DNA of 64,000 nucleotides from Nitrospirota bacterium (lineage in GTDB: Bacteria > Nitrospirota > UBA9217): assembly GCA_963790205.1 (NCBI GenBank), contig CAWBNQ010000014.1, positions 192,001 to 256,000 on the forward strand, written 5' to 3'. How positions within the stretch are numbered: position 1 is the stretch's first letter; the number at the start of each line of letters is the position of its first letter. Both the position numbers and the translations under genes were made by a program. The notes under the pieces were generated by a model. It did not search any database, was not told the DNA's origin, and saw only the letters and a program-made list of their open reading frames with translations. This document shows positions 63,787 to 64,000 of the stretch, piece by piece.

Positions 63787-64000
63787 CTTTTACTATGTTG
63801 CAGCAAACCTTCAGAAATGGAGGACTCGAATCGACTCTTACACGAATATCCCTTTCAGGGAACAGTACAGAGAGCATCGTTTTTATCTTTCCATAAATTC
63901 ACAACAACGATAGCAGCCTATTTTGATTCATTGGTATAATAAATATTGCCCTTATTTAAAGCGCAGTTCTTTTAAACGTTTTTCGTTACCATCGGCTTAT

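Noticed and set aside
63790..64000. Coding feature at the right edge
   Set aside because: Only a few codons of a possible minus-strand gene end are visible; not enough to call

Overview
Bacterial chromosomal segment. Gene content and the intergenic repeat style suggest a Nitrospirota/Deltaproteobacteria-like diderm (inference). (1) 1-4.5 kb is an accessory toxin-antitoxin/defence hotspot: DUF433/DUF5615 pair, truncated HEPN gene, RelE/ParE pair, DUF4145, a large PIN protein and an internally deleted type IIG restriction-modification gene. (2) 4.6-48 kb is a housekeeping core: a small dual-CXXC protein with an in-frame TGA and SECIS-like hairpin (probable selenoprotein, absent from the ORF track), aspS, ccdA-merR, moaDE, htpX-like/lemA, mqnB/mqnD, aroC-aroK-aroB, a CCA-family nucleotidyltransferase, LysR, comEC, tRNA-Met-tilS-hpt-ftsH-folP-cdaA-cdaR-glmM, dksA-like, ChaN-PDZ, DUF47-pit, a receiver-LpxC fusion, and FHA-PP2C-Ser/Thr kinase. 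(3) 48-64 kb is a signalling and cell-surface region: two pseudo-receiver-PilZ genes, a Crp-family regulator, two perfect CRP boxes at identical class II promoter spacing, a c-di-GMP-I-like leader, an FN3 lipoprotein, prsK/prsR, two secreted ConA/lyase-fold proteins that both end in a lone FN3 A-strand-like motif, and the end of a polysaccharide cluster. At least eight otherwise intact genes carry single-base frameshifts, most likely sequencing errors. No CRISPR array, rRNA or intact transposase/integrase was seen.
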